Under the pieces are notes generated by a model. It made no database searches. It was not told the DNA's origin and saw only the letters and a program-made list of their open reading frames with translations. Of a stretch of 26,351 bases of DNA, positions 25,211 to 26,351 are shown piece by piece; the first letter of the stretch is position 1; each line of letters opens with the position of its first letter. This DNA is from Verrucomicrobiota bacterium (GTDB taxonomy: Bacteria > Verrucomicrobiota > Verrucomicrobiia > Limisphaerales > CANJXF01), in the NCBI GenBank assembly GCA_038214755.1, contig JBBQRQ010000073.1:1-26351 (forward strand). Reading direction: 5' to 3'. Made by a program: the position numbers and the translations under genes.

Positions 25211-26351
25211 TCATTCCGCTTCGCGCGGGGGAAAATCAAAGGTCACTTTTCCTTTGTCGTCCATCACGAGATACGCGAGAAAAGGTTTGCCGGCTTTGGA
25301 AATAAAATCTTTCAGCAAATCCGTTTTGTGGTCCGTGAGAAGTTTTTTCGCCTGCGTCGCATCAATCGGCTGCTGCAAAATTTCTCTGCCGATCTTAAAT
25401 CTGCACGGCTTCAAATCGTTTTGAGATTTTTCGCAGACGTAATCCGTCGCCGTTTCAAAAACTTTCCCAACGCACTTTGGACATTTGCCAATGGGCGTCT
25501 GGCTGGAGAAATCGATTTTCTCAAGGGGCTCTTTTGGTTTGGCGGATTTTCCTGCGCCTGATTTTGATTTGCCTTCGCCGCGCGCCTCAAATTCAAACGC
25601 GGTTTTTCCTTCTTTGCCCACGACGAGATACGCCTTGAACGCGCGTCCCGTCCGTTTGGAAATAAATTTCGTGAGCAAATCCGTTTTCCCGGTGGAAAGC
25701 AGCTTGACGATTTGTTCCTTCGCAATCGGCTGCTGCAAAATGATCGCGCCGCTGCGGAAATCGCAGGTCTTGTTCGGACCGACCGATTTTTCGCAAACAT
25801 AATTCATCCCGTTTTCAAAAACGCGCGCGCCACACTTCGGACATTTCCCGAGCGATTCTTTGCCGGTGAAATCGACTTCCGCCACCGTGCCGTCTTCATT
25901 TTCCTTCGGGCCGAAATCAAATTCCGGTTTGAATTCCGGCGTGAGTTTTATGACGGCGGCAAAGGGAAATCCTTGCTTGCTGCGAAAACCCTGGAGCGGG
26001 CCGACCTGTTTCTTCGTGAGCAGTTCTTCGATTTCTGGAATTTCAAATTGCCGTCCCGCCACGATTTTCCAGAGCGAAAAATCGCAAGCCTGACACTGAA
26101 ACTTTTTGTAGTTCTCGTGAATCTCGCCGCCGCATTTCGGACACGCCACATTGAGCTTGCCGAAATCGCCGGGCACCGTGTCGCTCTCGTATTGCTTCGC
26201 TTTTTCCACAATGTGCCGAGTCATTTCCTCGATTTGCCGCATGAAGTCGGCGCGTTTCAACTGGCCACGCTCCATTTGACGAAGTTGAAATTCCCAATCG
26301 CCAGTTAATTCCGGCGAGGAAAGTTCAGGAACGCCAAGACCCCGCAACAGC
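25211..26351 (-). CDS. topB: DNA topoisomerase III (type IA), C-terminal part; 5' end lies beyond the window
   Basis: SPELTGDWEFQLRQMERG, three CPKC zinc-ribbon-like / C-terminal repeats (LQGFRSKQGFPFAA, TDLLTKFISKRTGRAFKAYL). Confidence 0.85.
   Translation of the reverse strand, partial: LLRGLGVPELSSPELTGDWEFQLRQMERGQLKRADFMRQIEEMTRHIVEKAKQYESDTVPGDFGKLNVACPKCGGEIHENYKKFQCQACDFSLWKIVAGRQFEIPEIEELLTKKQVGPLQGFRSKQGFPFAAVIKLTPEFKPEFDFGPKENEDGTVAEVDFTGKESLGKCPKCGARVFENGMNYVCEKSVGPNKTCDFRSGAIILQQPIAKEQIVKLLSTGKTDLLTKFISKRTGRAFKAYLVVGKEGKTAFEFEARGEGKSKSGAGKSAKPKEPLEKIDFSSQTPIGKCPKCVGKVFETATDYVCEKSQNDLKPCRFKIGREILQQPIDATQAKKLLTDHKTDLLKDFISKAGKPFLAYLVMDDKGKVTFDFPPREAE

Overview
Bacterial chromosomal window, most likely Verrucomicrobiota. 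That is an inference from a VPDSG-CTERM protein, a C-terminal 'FYRV' sorting tail and the repeat types. The left arm has two glycosyltransferases divergent from rfbF-rfbG-rfbH, then an M3 oligoendopeptidase F (pepF). The right arm has yebC, hpnI, a PEGA lipoprotein, xerC, a small TA pair and the 3' part of topoisomerase III. About 13 kb of accessory DNA lies between pepF and yebC. Its most striking part (about 7.5-12.5 kb) is a polarised array directly upstream of pepF. Three diverged, truncated copies of the pepF 5' end (two with the promoter) alternate with cargo: an exported NxxGxxAF-repeat protein, a GNAT pair, a PIN TA pair and a fourth TA-like pair. The distal cargo is frameshifted while the proximal cargo is intact, and no integrase lies inside the array. 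The accessory region also holds a rearranged IS3 and a sigma-54/IHF promoter ahead of a payload-less VPDSG-CTERM micro-protein and a 1545-aa Cys-rich adhesin with a thioester-like domain. MITEs and nested REP/REPIN palindromes are scattered through the window, one of them in-frame inside pepF.
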